DNA of 64,000 nucleotides from Octopus sinensis (GCF_006345805.1 NC_043020.1:5084001-5148000); one strand, 5' to 3'. Positions 40,411 through 53,995 are shown, numbered from the stretch's first letter. Notes: a model not told the origin generated them from the sequence alone. Translations and numbers: made by a program.

Positions 40411-40789
40411 TGCGTGGTAAGAAGTTTACTTCCCGACCACAGGGTTCTGGGTTCAGTCCCACTGCAGAACTACATGGCACCTTGGGCAAGTGTCTTCTAT
40501 TATACTCTCAGGCCGACCAAAGCCTTGTGAGTGAATTTAGTAAACAGAAACTGAAAGAAACCCGTTGAATATATGTAATTATGTGTATGTGTGTTTGCCC
40601 CTCACCCCAACCACCACTTGACAAGAGGTGTTGGTGTGTTTACATTCCTATATCAGTTTGGCAAGAGCGATCAATAGAATAAGCACTGGGGTGGGGTGTA
40701 GGGGTCGATTCATTCGACTAAAACTTCATCAGGGATGTGCTCCACCATGGCCGCTATCTAGTGACTGAAACTATATATATATATATATA

Positions 40790-40958
40790 TATCCTCTGTC
40801 TTCCCTTCTCTGGATCTTTCCTTCTCCTATATTTCCGACGAAAGGTTCCGCTCGAAACGTTTAAACCCTCCTCTTTCCTTCCTGAGCGTCATAATACTAT
40901 ATTTGTTCAACGTCCTCCGTTGTTGTGTTTTCTCTTGTGTTTTCATGTTTGGATTAAC

Positions 40959-40960
<2 letters not shown>
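40790..40960 (+). mobile_element. Short (TA)n-flanked repeat with degenerate hammerhead-like motif (40835-40861)
   Basis: CCGACGA...GCTC-GAAACGT-T and TTCCTGAGCG..ATAC motif shared with the 32300/62500 family; stem II broken. Confidence 0.45.
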
Positions 40961-40990
<30 letters not shown>

Positions 40991-41196
40991 TCTTTTACTT
41001 GTTTCAGTCATTTGACTGTGGCCATGCTGGAGCACCGCCTTTAGTCGAGCAAATCGACCCCGGGACTTATTCTTTGTAAGCCCAGTACTTATTCTATTGG
41101 TCTCTTTGCCGAAACCGCTAAGTGATGGGGACGTAAAACCCCGCATCGGTTGTCAAGCAATGCTAGGGGGACAAACACAGACACACAAACATACAC

Positions 41197-41229
<33 letters not shown>

Positions 41230-41860
41230 GACAGGCTTCTTTCAGTTTCCGTCTACCAAATCCACTCACAAGGCTTTGGTCGGCCGAGGCTATAGTAGAA
41301 GACACTTGCCAAGGGCCACGCAGTGGGACTGAACCCGGAACCATGTGGTTGGTAAGCAAGCTACTTACCACACAGCCAATATATATATATTAGGGAAAAA
41401 AAACACTATTATGCAATACAAACAATGAGAGACATAAACCAAATCATAAATAAAAAATAAAATATTTTTATTAAAAACATATAACTAGATCATAAAAAGT
41501 ACAAAAATTAATAAACAATATATAAGTAATTAGTAATTATATGTACAAATTATTATATATTGATTATTCATTTTTGTACTTTTTATGATCTAGTTATATG
41601 CTTTTAATAAATATTTCATTTTTTATTTACGATTTGGTTTATGTCTATCATTGTTTGTATTGCATAATAGTGGTTTTATCTCTAATTTATATGGAGTAGT
41701 TGTATACTGTCAACTTAACGTGACAGTCCCCGTAAAGGGAATCACACCACCGCTATTTAGCCCTAGGAAGCATCGACGCTTACTGTCGGCCTTGACACAT
41801 TTCCTGTGTCCTTATATATTTATGAAGGGGAGACAAACAGCCCCAACAGCTAGGCCTGCA

Positions 41861-41906
41861 TCTAGAGACACGCATGTTTCTGGGTCTTGCCCATCATCAG
41901 TCTAGA
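41861..41906 (-). ncRNA. Type I hammerhead ribozyme motif with complete core
   Basis: UCUAGA-CUGAUGA-UGGG CAAGA CCCA-GAA-ACAUGCGUGU-C-UCUAGA; 6-bp stem I that extends past an internal loop (UGC/GCA, AGGCC/GGCCU, AGCU/AGCU). Confidence 0.8.
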
Positions 41907-42694
41907 GTAGCAAGGCCTGCTAGCTGAAGATATCTGTCTAGACTTCATAAATATTTTTTCAGCAAAGTTTATATATTATATATTTATATTGTGAAATTTG
42001 ATTTAATCCTAAATTTAACTTTTCCCTGTAAGTTTGGAGTTATACTCCCTAATATTATTATTACATATATACATATATATATATGTATGTGTATTTATAT
42101 ATATATATACATATAGGTGCAGGAGTGGCTGTGCGGTAAGTAGCTTGCTAACCAACCACATGGTTCCGGGTTCAGTCTCACTGCGTGACATCTTGGGCAA
42201 GTGTCTTCTGCTATAGCCCCGGGCCGACCAATGCCTTGTGAGTGGATTTGGTAGACGGAAACTGAAAGAAGCCTGTCGTATATATGTATATATATATATG
42301 TATGTGTGTGTGTGTGTTTGTGTGTCTGTGTTTGTCCCCCTAGCATTGCTTGACAACCGATGCTGTTTAGCGGTTCGGCAAAGAGACCAATAGAATAAGT
42401 ACTGGGCTTACAAAGAATAAGTCCCAGGGTCGATTTGCTCGACTAAAGGCGGTGCTCCAGCATGGCCGCAGTCAAATGACTGAAACAAGTAAAAGAGTAT
42501 ATACATATATATATATATGTATGTGTATTTATATATATATAATACATATATATGCATGCACACACACACAAACACATATATATATACATGTGTGTGTGTG
42601 TAAAGATATGTGGTCAAGTAGAATTATTAAATACTCTAAGAAATGTGTCATTATCATGAAAACAATAGAAACGGTTTGACAAATAGTGTATATA

Positions 42695-43015
42695 CATAGG
42701 GTGTCCTAGAAAGATTTTGCTACGTTTAAAACTCTTCCTAAAGAATATCGGTTCAGGTAATATTACCTGCATTTTACATAAAGATTTACGTATGTCTTTT
42801 GTTCGTATGTCTATTGTTTCGTTCGTCTATAACAAGGTTGTAAATAAACATGGCGTCGAAAGCAGAACGTGACCAGATTGTCGCTTTGAAAACATCTGAG
42901 GTGAGCAACAAGGACATAACAAAACTGCTGAATGCATGCCGTAAAACAGTGTTCAATGCCTGGAAACGATATATGGAGTCCGCTACTTCCTCTAGCAAGC
43001 CAATTCCTGGTATGA
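42695..43015 (+). mobile_element. Tc1-like transposon 5' fragment (TIR remnant and N-terminal HTH)
   Basis: AGGGTGTCC TIR-like start; ATG at 42850: MASKAERDQIVALKTSEVSNKDITKLLNACRKTVFNAWKRYMESATSSSKPIPG. Confidence 0.6.
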
Positions 43016-43102
43016 AATGATCACTTCGTACCAAGTAAACTTAGTGTACACTCGAGTGAAATTCAGATTCCGTGGAATTGGTCTCAGACGAATTTTCTCT
43101 CA

Positions 43103-44371
43103 TAGCTGTTATCACAGCTCCATACTCAAGCCAGCGCGATTCTTCTAATAGCTGTTTTTTCACAGCTCCATACTCAAGCCAGCGCGATTCTTCTAATAGC
43201 TGTTTTTTCACAGCTTCACACTCAAGCCAGCATGATTCTTCTAATAGCTGTTTTTTCACAGCTTCACACTCAAGCCAGTGCGATTCTTCTAATAGCTGTT
43301 TTTTCACAGCTTCACACTCAAGCCAGCGCGATTCTTCTAATAGCTGTTTTTTCACAGCTTCACATCAAGCCAGCCGATTCTGCTAATAGCGTTTTTTCAC
43401 ACAGCTTCACACTCAAGCCAGCGCGATTCTTCTAATAGCTGTTTTTTCACAGCTTCACACTCAAGCCAGCGCGATTCTGCTAATAGCTGTTTTTTCACAG
43501 CTTCACACTCAAGCCAGCGCGATTCTTCTAATAGCTGTTTTTTCACAGCTTCACACACTCAAGCCAGCGCGATTCTCTAATAGCTGTTTTTTCACAGCTT
43601 CACACTCAAGCCAGCGCGATTCTTCTAATAGCTGTTTTTTCACAGCTTCACACACTCAACCAGCGCGATTCTTCTAATAGCTGTTTTTTCACAGCTTCAC
43701 ATTCAAGCCAGCGCGATTCTTCTAATAGCTGTTTTTTCACAGCTTCACACTCAAGCCAGCGCGATTCTTCTAATAGCTGTTTTTTCACAGCTTCACACTC
43801 AAGCCAGCGCGATTCTTCTAATAGCTGTTTTTTCACAGCTTCATACTGAAGCCAGCGCGATTCTTCTAATAGCTGTTTTTTCACAGCTTCACACTCAAGC
43901 CAGCGCGATTCTTCTAATAGCTGTTTTTTCACAGCTTCACACTCAAGCCAGCGCGATTCTTCTAATAGCTGTTTTTTCACAGCTTCACACTGAAGCCAGC
44001 GCGATTCTTCTAATAGCTGTTTTTTCACAGCTCACACTCAAGAGCCAGCGCGATTCTTCTAATAGCTGTTTTTTCACAGCTTCACACTCAAGCCAGCGCG
44101 ATTCTTCTAATAGCTGTTTTTTTCACAGCTTCACACTCAAGCCAGCGATTTCTTCTAATAGCTGTTTTTTTTCACAGCTTCATACTGAAGCCAGCGCGAT
44201 TCTTCTAATAGCTGTTTTTTCACAGCTTCACACTCAAGCCAGCATGATTCTTCTAATAGCTGTTTTTTCACAGCTTCACACTCAAGCCAGCGATATTCTT
44301 CTAATAGCTGTTTTTTCACAGCTTCACACTCAAGCCAGCACGATTCTTCTAATAGCTGTTTTTTCACAGCT
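43103..44371. repeat. 48-bp minisatellite, ~26 copies: CAGCTTCACACTCAAGCCAGCGCGATTCTTCTAATAGCTGTTTTTTCA
   Basis: Direct tandem repeat; minus frame reads (KKQLLEESRWLECEAV)n. Confidence 0.97.
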
Positions 44372-44844
44372 TTATACCCAGCCCAGAAATGGATGAAGAA
44401 TCAATGCGGCCATCCGTAATTGCAGCAATGTAAAAAAATCAGCCTAGGCACCTCAAAACACAATGTTCATATAATATTGACCTTGTATAGCATAAAACCT
44501 TGTAATTACGAAGCAATAAATGATGCATAAAAACTGACAAGTCTTTGTAATAACCGCTCTTACGAGGGCAAGTGGGTCAGCTTGGCAGAGTTATTAAATT
44601 TGAAGAGATTGCTTTAAACGAAAAGCTTTCAATAATGAGAACTACGTTAGAGCGAGAGCTACTTAGCAATCTAGAATAGGCGATTGTTAAAGCATCAGAA
44701 GCGATATGTTAGCCGTAAAAATGGCCTTCAACCATTTCGTCAACGCTTTATAGCATTTCATCCGGTTCTTTTACATTCTGAGTTCAAATTCCGCCGAGTT
44801 CAACTTTGCCTTTCATTCTTTCGATGTCGATAAAATAAAGTTAC

Positions 44845-45530
44845 GGATCTTTTCGGTTTGAATGGCAGTTTTTTTTCTAGCGGTGTCATCTAAAATTGTC
44901 ACCCATAATTATGACCCTAGTATCGATCTATTGCATTTCAATCTGTTTTAGGGTTAGGGTTAGGGGTGGGGGGAAGGGTATCTTTTTTTTCTTCACAAAT
45001 GTAAATAAACCCAATCTGTTTCTTAAACGAGGGACATATTCATACGGCACAGAATGTTTTTTTACCTCAATGGACGTCCTTGATTGGTTGAAATTGCAGA
45101 AATTGAAGAAAAAAACAACAAATATCTTACAAACTATAGAATTTTCTCAATAAAGCGAAGAGAAAAAGATTTTTAAAAAACATTCTACCAGTATAACGAG
45201 TTTAAAAAATTTTTTAGTTACCTAGAAATTGTTAAAAACTGCCGTTCAAACCGAAAAGATCCATAAACCCAATCTGTTTCTTAAACGAGGGACATATTCA
45301 TACGGCACAGAATGTTTTTTTTTTTACCTCAATGGACGTCAGTGATTGGTTGAAATTGCAGAAATTGAAGAAGAAAAAAGCAATAAATATCTTACAAACT
45401 ATAGAATTTTCTCAATAAAGCCAAGAGAAAAAGATGTTTTATAAACACATTCTACCAGTATACGAAGTTTAAAAGTGTTTAGTTACGTGGAAATTATTTT
45501 AAAAAACTGCCGTTCAAACCGAAAAGATCC
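44845..45530. mobile_element. MITE with TIRs and 8-bp TSD (hAT-like) inserted in a family-B SINE; internal ~265-bp tandem duplication
   Basis: TIR GGATCTTTTCGGTTTGAAYGGCAGTTTTT; flanks AAAGTTAC / AAAGTTAT; ~45008-45262 repeated at ~45263-45530. Confidence 0.75.
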
Positions 45531-46351
45531 AAAGTTATCACTTGATGTAACAGACTTGGTCCCCAATCCATCAAAATGTCTCACCTTACACTAAAATTTG
45601 AAGGACTTATAGGATCTTTATGCCTTGAATCACTGTCTCCAGTTTTGTTCCAATTGTTTTCAAATTTTGGTATACGGATTAAGTCTCTCGCTACTGAGGC
45701 AGATGATAGAAGAGGAAGCAAACGCGCTATTTTCTGATTGGTTGAAAATCCTGAAAATTATTCAATTCTGAACACCTGTAACATTTTCGCAAAAATTTTT
45801 CTGGAATAAATGAATAACAAATTCGTATTCAGCGTCACAAATTACATTTATACACCACATTAATTTTTTTTCTTCAATATTTCGATCTGCAGTGACTCAA
45901 ATCACAAAGATCGGCTGTGTGGTAAGTAGCTTGCTAACCAACTACATGGTTCCGGGTTCAGTCCCACTGCGTGGCACCTTGGGCAAGTGTCTTCTGCTAT
46001 AGCCCCGGGCCGACCAATGCCTTGTGAGTGGATTTGGTAGACGGAAACTGAAAGAAGCCTGTCGTATATATGTATATATATATATATGTGTGTGTGTGTA
46101 TGTTTGTGTGTGTGTGTGTGTATGTGTCTGTGTTTGTCCCCCTAGCATTGCTTGACAACCGATGCTGGTGTGTTTACGTCCCTGTCACTTAGCAGTTCGG
46201 CAAAAGAGACTGATAGAATAAGTGAATAAGTACTGGGCTTACAAAGAATAAGTCCCGGGGTCGATTTGCTCGACTAAAGGCGGTGCTCCAGCATGGCCGC
46301 AGTCAAATGACTGAAACAAGTAAAAGAGTAAAAGAGAGAGATACCATAGGG

Positions 46352-46631
46352 CAGTGGTGCCCAAAGTGGGCAGTATTGCCACCCACCTAGGGTCGATGGA
46401 AAGTTGCAAGCGGGGTTGCAGAAAAGAGGGGCAATAATGGGGTAGCGATTCATGTAAAATCAACAAAATAACGAGTTCATTAAGTTATTTTTTTATATTT
46501 GTGAAATACACTTGGTTTGAATTTGCTTCAAAAAGAGGTCTATTTTTGTGATGGTCAGTTGGGGTGGGGGCACTAGGAGTGTGGCTTGGGTGAAAAGGGG
46601 ACGTCGGTCTGATAAAGTGTGGGAACCACTG
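46352..46631. mobile_element. hAT-derived MITE
   Basis: TIRs CAGTGGTGCCCAAAGT / AAAGTGTGGGAACCACTG; degenerate 8-bp TSD CCATAGGG / CGACAGGG. Confidence 0.75.
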
Positions 46632-47021
46632 CGACAGGGCGGCGACAATTGAAAGAATTGTTGGCACACTGGACGGATCTGTTCAGTTTAGATCACAGAC
46701 TTAAAAAAATTTTTTTAACTAAACCGTTTGAAACTTCGTATACTGGTGGAATGTCACACGCAGAACATGGTTTACTCTGAGCATTTTTCACGAAATTTGG
46801 TATTTTAGAAGTTATTTCGTGTTGAATTTGTCGTATTGAGGTAGACAAAATTCTTGGTGGATCTTTATATTCTGAGTTCAAATTCCGTCCAGGTCGAGTT
46901 TGCCTTTCATGCTTTCGGGGGTCGATAAAATAAGTACCAGTCGAACACTGGGAGGGAGGGGGTGGGGTCAATGTGATTGACTTACCCCTCCCCCAAAATT
47001 TCCAAACCTGTCCTCAGCCTA

Positions 47022-47060
<39 letters not shown>

Positions 47061-47089
47061 CAGCAGTAGCAGTAGTAGTAGTAGTAGTG

Positions 47090-47158
<69 letters not shown>

Positions 47159-47231
47159 ATAGTAGTAGCAGCAGCAATGACAGCTGTGAGTGAATGGCAG
47201 TAGAATGGGTGGTTCACGCACACACACACAA

Positions 47232-47264
<33 letters not shown>

Positions 47265-48869
47265 ATAAAGCCTTGTGGTAAATATTCAGTTTGGTTACGT
47301 TGAGATCTCAGGTTCAAATCTTTTCAGTGGTATCAACTTCCTTTCAACCCACCACTTTCCTTCAGAGGACGATATAAATATGAAGTAGTAATGTACTATT
47401 CTCGATTTAACCAACCGTGACCTCCACAACTTACCCCACCCTATCCTTGTCTTTGGCAACGTTTAGCAACGATCATTATAGCAGTAGCAACAACAAGAAC
47501 AACAACAAGCACGATCGACACGGTCGCGTGAACATCTTGAATTGAGGGATGTACAACTGGGATGTGCGTTCAAGCGGAGCGATGTGTCTATTGTGAAGCT
47601 AATGGATCACGTGGGGTTTGTGGTGTGTGTGTGTGTGTGCGTGTGTGTGTGCGTGCGTGTGTCTGTGTGTTGTGTGTGTGTGTGTGTGTGAGTGTGTGTG
47701 TGTGTGTGTGCGAGAGTTTCTGCGTGTTTGAAATATTCGCAAACTTTGCACAGAATGATTTTATAGAATTTCTACACACACACACACACACACACACACA
47801 TGCACACACACACACACAGACACACACACACACACGCGCACACACACACACACACACACGCACACACACACAATGCATAGGTGTATGTGTGAGTGTCTGT
47901 GTGTGTATGTGCAGGCTTTGTACGTTTTGAGTTCAAACACCCCTGCGGTCAGTTTTGCCTTTTTATCCCTTCAGGGTCAATAGATGGAAATAAACAACCG
48001 TTCAATATTAATTAAAGGTTTCCGCCGAGGTCAACTTTGCCTTTGAACCTTCAATAACATAAGTACCAGTTCAGCACCGGGGTGTATGTAACTGACTTAC
48101 ACCCGCCAAGCTGAAATTGCTGGCCTTGTGCCAAAATTTGAAATCAATATTAATTAAAGGTAAGTCAGCGAGCTGGCAGAAACGTTAGCACGCCGGGCGA
48201 AATGCTTAGTGGTATTTCGTCTGCCATTACGTTCTGAGTTCAAATTCCGCCGAGGTCGACTTTGCCTTTCATCCTTTCAGGGTCGATTAAATAAGTACCA
48301 GTTACGCGCTGGGGTCGATATAATCGACTTAATCCGTTTGTCTGTCTTTGTTTGTCCTCTCAGTGTTTAGCCCCTTGCGGGTAGTAAAGAAGTAGGTATT
48401 TCGTCTACCGTTACATTATGAGTACAAATTCCGCCGAGGTCGACTTTGCCTTTCATCCTTTCGGAGTCGATTAAATAAGTACCAGTTGCGTACTATGGTC
48501 GATCTAATCGACTGCCCCCCCCTCCCCCAAAATTTCGGGTTCTTTTTGGTTATCTCAACTCCATTAAAAAATTGAGTCTATGTGGCGACAAGAGATCAGA
48601 TTAAAAGAGTTAGATATTTTTGATTCAATACTTCAACACATTGTTGACTTTTGGCCTCCTTAATAAGTATTGTATGATTTGTTATCAGTGGCTGTGTGGT
48701 AAGTAGCTTGCTTACCAGCCACATGGTTCTGGGTTCAGTCCCACTGCATGGCAACTTGGGCAAGTGTCTTCTACTATAGCCTCGGGCCGACCAAAGCCTT
48801 GTGAGTGGAATTGGCAGACGGAAACTGAAAGAAGCCCATCGTATATATGTTTGTATGCATGTATGTATG

Positions 48870-48905
<36 letters not shown>

Positions 48906-49256
48906 TGTGTGTGTGTGTGTATGTTTTGTCCCTCCAACATCGCTTGACAACTGATGCTGGTGTGTTTACGTCCCCGTCACTTAACGGTTCGGCAAAGAAA
49001 CCGATAGAATAAGTACTGGGCTTACAAAGAATAAGTCCCGGGGTCGATTTGCTAGACTAAAGGTGGTGCTCCAGCATGGCCGCAGTCAAATGACCGAAAC
49101 AAGTAAAAGAGAAATAAAAGAGATTCAATAAGATGTTTAATCTTTTCACTTTTCATATTTACTCTTTTACTTGTTAAAAAGCATTTACCTAAGGTTCCAC
49201 GTAGTGTAACTGAACCCGGGACCATATGGCTGGGAAGCAAACCTCTTACCACACAC

Positions 49257-50330
49257 TCGTTAAAAATTCGTTAAAATGTTAAAAAAAATTTTTTTTTTTA
49301 AGATATATCTTAAAATTCATTAAAATTATGTTTTTCAAGATATGCCTTAAACGCTTCTGAAATTGTTGTTGCTGTATCTCTTAAAATTCGCTGTGGACAA
49401 AACATTTTAACGTGTTTTTCTTTTAAAGACAAAACATTTCAACGAGTTTTATGACTTCTCTTAAAGACATTTTAATGGATTTTAATAAATGTTCTTAAAA
49501 AATAGCCTTTTAAAGAGTTTCAACGGATTATTTTGAGAAATATGATTTTAACGAATTTTAAGAGCTTTCTGAGAAACCACACTTTTACAAGTTTTAAGAG
49601 ATAACTTTAAAACAACAGTTTCAGTAGCATTAAAAGCATATCTTGTTTTAAGAGTTATATTTACGAATTTTAAGAGATACTACGACAATTTCAGAAGCGT
49701 TTAAGGCATATCATGTTTTAAGACAATTGCAGCGTGGAAGGTGTTTATAAGTAATTTAAGAAACACACAAAAACCGTTAGATTCACTTCAATATCTAAAT
49801 TTAATTTGCCAAAATATTTTCGTCGCTTTCAGATCGCGACCTGTTCACTGACAAAATTCCGTGCTGCATCTCAGCACGGAATTTTGTCAGTGAACAGGTC
49901 GCGATCTGAAAGCGACGAAAATATTTTGGCAAATTAAATTTAGATATTGAAGTGAATCTAACGGTTTTTGTGTGTTTCTTAAATGGCTTATAACCACCTT
50001 CCACGCTGCAATTGTTTTCGCTCTAGCACACGATCTCAGCTCAGGTCACTTGCTATGCAAGTACATCTCCGTAACTTGTTTTAAGAGTTATCTGAGAAAC
50101 CTCATATCTACGAATTTTAAGAGATACAACAACAATTTCAGAAGCGTTTAAGGCATATCTTGAAAAACATAATTTTAACGAGTTTTAAGACACATCGTTA
50201 AAAAATTTTTTTTAAACATTTTAACGAGTTTTAAGACATATCTTTAAAAAAAATTTTTTAAACATTTTAACGAGTTTTAAGACATTTTTAAAAACAAAAT
50301 TTTAACTAATTTTAAGGCATCTTAAAAACA
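49257..50330. mobile_element. AT-rich fold-back element with subrepeated inverted arms, interrupted by the 49723-50068 insert
   Basis: 49257-49390 is the reverse complement of ~50111-50240; repeated AACGAGTTTTAAGACA motif. Confidence 0.6.
49883..49933 (+). ncRNA. Minimal hammerhead-like motif with G3-C8 swapped core (mirror copy on - strand at 49805-49855)
   Basis: UUUGUCA-GUGAACA-G-GUCGC GAUCUGAAA GCGAC-GAA-AAUAUU(palindrome)-U-UGGCAAA; 7-bp stem I, 5-bp stem II. Confidence 0.65.
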
Positions 50331-50677
50331 ATACTTACGCTAACGAATGAAGCAGCATCAATGTAGCCCTTTAGTTTGCAAGAAATACCATTCATATGGC
50401 CCTCAAATTGTCCCCTACCATCTTAAAGGACACTGAATGGTTTCGTCAAGAACAAGCTTTTTGTCTGGGGAAAGAATTGACAAGACGGTCATGGCTGGAT
50501 TGCCTTTGGTTATGGGTCTATTCAATCAGTGTATCAATAGCCGCATTTTAATTGGCCGGACAGAATCACATTAAAATCACTCTGAGAATGTCGGCAACCG
50601 ATAAATTAATCAAGAAAATTGTGCACCAGGGACAATATAATATCTATTTTACACAGACCTCTCAATTATATGAGTGG

Positions 50678-50739
<62 letters not shown>

Positions 50740-51369
50740 ATATATATATATATATATTATATTACTGAACATCAAAGGGAAGCGTGAAAGATATATATAC
50801 ATATATACATACATACATGCATACATACATACATACATATATACATACAAAAATGCAGGAAAATGTATATATTTTAAAAACCTTGTTGGCCCAAGACCTA
50901 CACCACACACACACACACACACACAAGCACACACAATATATTGTATTACTAAACATCAAAGGGAAGTGTGAAAGATACATACACACACATGCATACATAC
51001 ATACATATATACACACATACATACACACATATATACACACACATACATACAAACATACATGGGATTGCACCTAGAAAGTTACCCTCCTAGACACAAGTCC
51101 GGGCAAGGTTGTTTACGGAAGACCAGTAGTCGCCCATGCATACCGGCCTCCCCTCTCCACGTCACCGATGTTGTCCAAGGGAAAGGCAAAGGGGCCGATA
51201 CAAGCTCGGCACCTGTGACGTCGCAACTCATTTCTACAGCTGAGTGAACTGGAGCAACGTGAAATGAAGTGCCTTGCTCAAGAACACAACACGCAGCCCG
51301 GTCCGGGATTCGAGCTCACAACCTCACGATCGTAAGCTCGACGCTCTAACCACTGAGCCATGCGCCTTC

Positions 51370-52310
51370 ACAAACATACATACATACATACATACATACA
51401 TACATACATACATACACACATACATACACACATACATACATACATACAAACATACATACACACAACATACATACACACATACATACATACATGCATACAT
51501 ACATACACACATACATACATACATACAAACATACATACATACACACATACATACACACATACATACATACATGCATACATACATACACACATACATACAT
51601 ATATACAAACATACATACACACACATACATACAGACAGACAGGCATACACACACATACATACACACACACACATACATACATACATACATACATACATAC
51701 ATACATACATACACACACATACATACATACATACATACATACATACATACATACACATACATACACATACATACATACATACATACATACATACACACAC
51801 ATACATACATACATACATACATACATACACACACATACATACATACATACATACATACATACATACATACACATACATACATACATACATACATACATAC
51901 ATACACACACATACATACATACATACATACATACATACACACATACATACATACACACACATACACACACATACATACATACATACATACATACATACAT
52001 ACATACATACATACTACATACATACACACACATACATACACACATACATACATACATAGATGCATGCATACACACATACATACACGTAGACACACACATA
52101 TATATACACACATATACACATGCACACACGTATAGACGCATACATAAATACACGCACAAACATACATATATACACACCCATGCACATACATGCAAACACT
52201 CACACATACACACATGCACATATATATATACACATACAAACACACACATACACACATGTATAAACATGCACACACATGTACACACATACATATACACAGA
52301 CACATTTAAT
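51370..52310. repeat. (CATA)n/(CA)n microsatellite, ~0.95 kb
   Basis: Seen directly in the sequence. Confidence 0.97.
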
Positions 52311-53995
52311 AATTTTATTGATAACATAGGCTGTGTGGTAAAAAGCTTGCTTCCTAACCACATGGTTCCGGGTTCAGTCCCACTGCGTGGCACCTTGGGC
52401 GAGTGTTTTTTCCACTATAGCCTCGGCTCGACCAAAGCCTTGTGAGTGGATTTGGCAGATGGAAACTGAAAGAAGCCCGTCGTATATATATGTGTGTGTG
52501 TGTATGTATGTATGTATATATATGTGTGTGTGTGTATGTATGTATATATATCTGTGTGTGTGTTTGTATATATATGTGTGTGTGTATATATATATCTGTG
52601 TGTGTGTGTGTGTGTACGATGGGCTTCTTTCAGTTTCTCCCTACCAAATCCCCTCACAAGTCGGCCCGAGGCTAGAGAAGAAAGAATTTGCCCAAGGTAC
52701 CACACAATGGGACTGAACCCAAATCTTTTCCGTTTGGCTACCAAGTTTTCGAAAATTAAAGTTTATCGAAAAATTTTAGAATTTGGTACATTAATGTAGT
52801 TTTCCCAGTTGAATTGCTGGAGTTAATTCACTTTCTCTAGAAAAAAAAATGTTATAGAGGTTTAAAGTTTAATCATTTTCACCCAGTCAGGAAACAGGAT
52901 TTGGAAGTTATCTTTTTCTTGTTGACAGCACATCCTGAAAACAGCACGTGTTGTTAATATTTGTATTCTGCACGCGGAAAATGAGTAAACAACACATCTT
53001 TTGTAGTTTTAAGCATTCAATATGCATTTAATGCGACGAACATCAGATTACAAATAAAATATTTAAGCATTTCGGTGGGTAACCTTGGAGCACAGGAGTG
53101 GCTGTGTGGTACGTAGCTTGCTTACGAGCCACATGGTTCCGGATTCAGTCCCACTGCGTGGTACCTTGTGCAAGTGTCTTCTACTATAGCCTCGAGCCGA
53201 CCAAAGCCTTGTGAGTGGATTTGGTAGACGGAAACTGAAAGAAGCCCATCGTATATATGTATATATATTTGTATGTGTGTGTATATGTTTTTGTGTCTGT
53301 GTTTGTGCCCCCAACATCGCTTGACAACCGCTGCTGGCGTGTTTACGTCCTCGTAACTAAGCGGTTCGGCAAAAAAGACCGATAGAATAAGTACTAGGCT
53401 TACAAAGAGTAAGTTCTGGGGTCGATTTGCTCGACTACATGCGGTACTCCAGCATGGCCGCAGTCACATGACTGAAACAAGTAAAAGAGTAAAAGAGTAT
53501 GGGCTTTCTCGCAGACAAAAGAGTTCTTATGTTCGGCTCGTTGCTATGGAAACAGGCACGAATGTGTCAGTGGCTTACGATTGGCTAAAATTACCCAAAA
53601 TTTTCAATCTTTAATTGATAATAATTCTTTATTTATTAATTTATAGCGAAAATGATTTTCATGGCATTGATTAGCCCACAAAAGTGTATCATTACACTGA
53701 ATATGAAATTAATTCGACCAGAAATTGAAATTGGTAGCCAAACGGAAGAGGTCTTTGAACCCGGAATCATGTGGTTGGGAAGCAAGCTTCTTACCATGTA
53801 GCTACTCCCGCGCCTATACATACGTACGCACACACACACACATACATACATACATACATACATACATACATACATACATACATACATACATACATGTATG
53901 TGCGCGCGCACGTGCGTTTGGTGTGTTTGTGTTTGTCCCCCTCGCCATCGCTTGACAACCGATGCTAACGTTTCTGCCAGCACACCGACTTGATG

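Noticed and set aside
43103-44371. CRISPR-like array
   Set aside because: Units are contiguous with no unique spacers, there are no cas genes, and the context is eukaryotic; it is a minisatellite.
44599-44635. TTGAAGA...GAA-AAGCTT-T hammerhead-like string
   Set aside because: C3 is altered, stem II is mismatched and stem I is out of register; could be chance.
44947-44968. (TTAGGG)n as a telomere or fusion site
   Set aside because: Only about three units, internal to a MITE.
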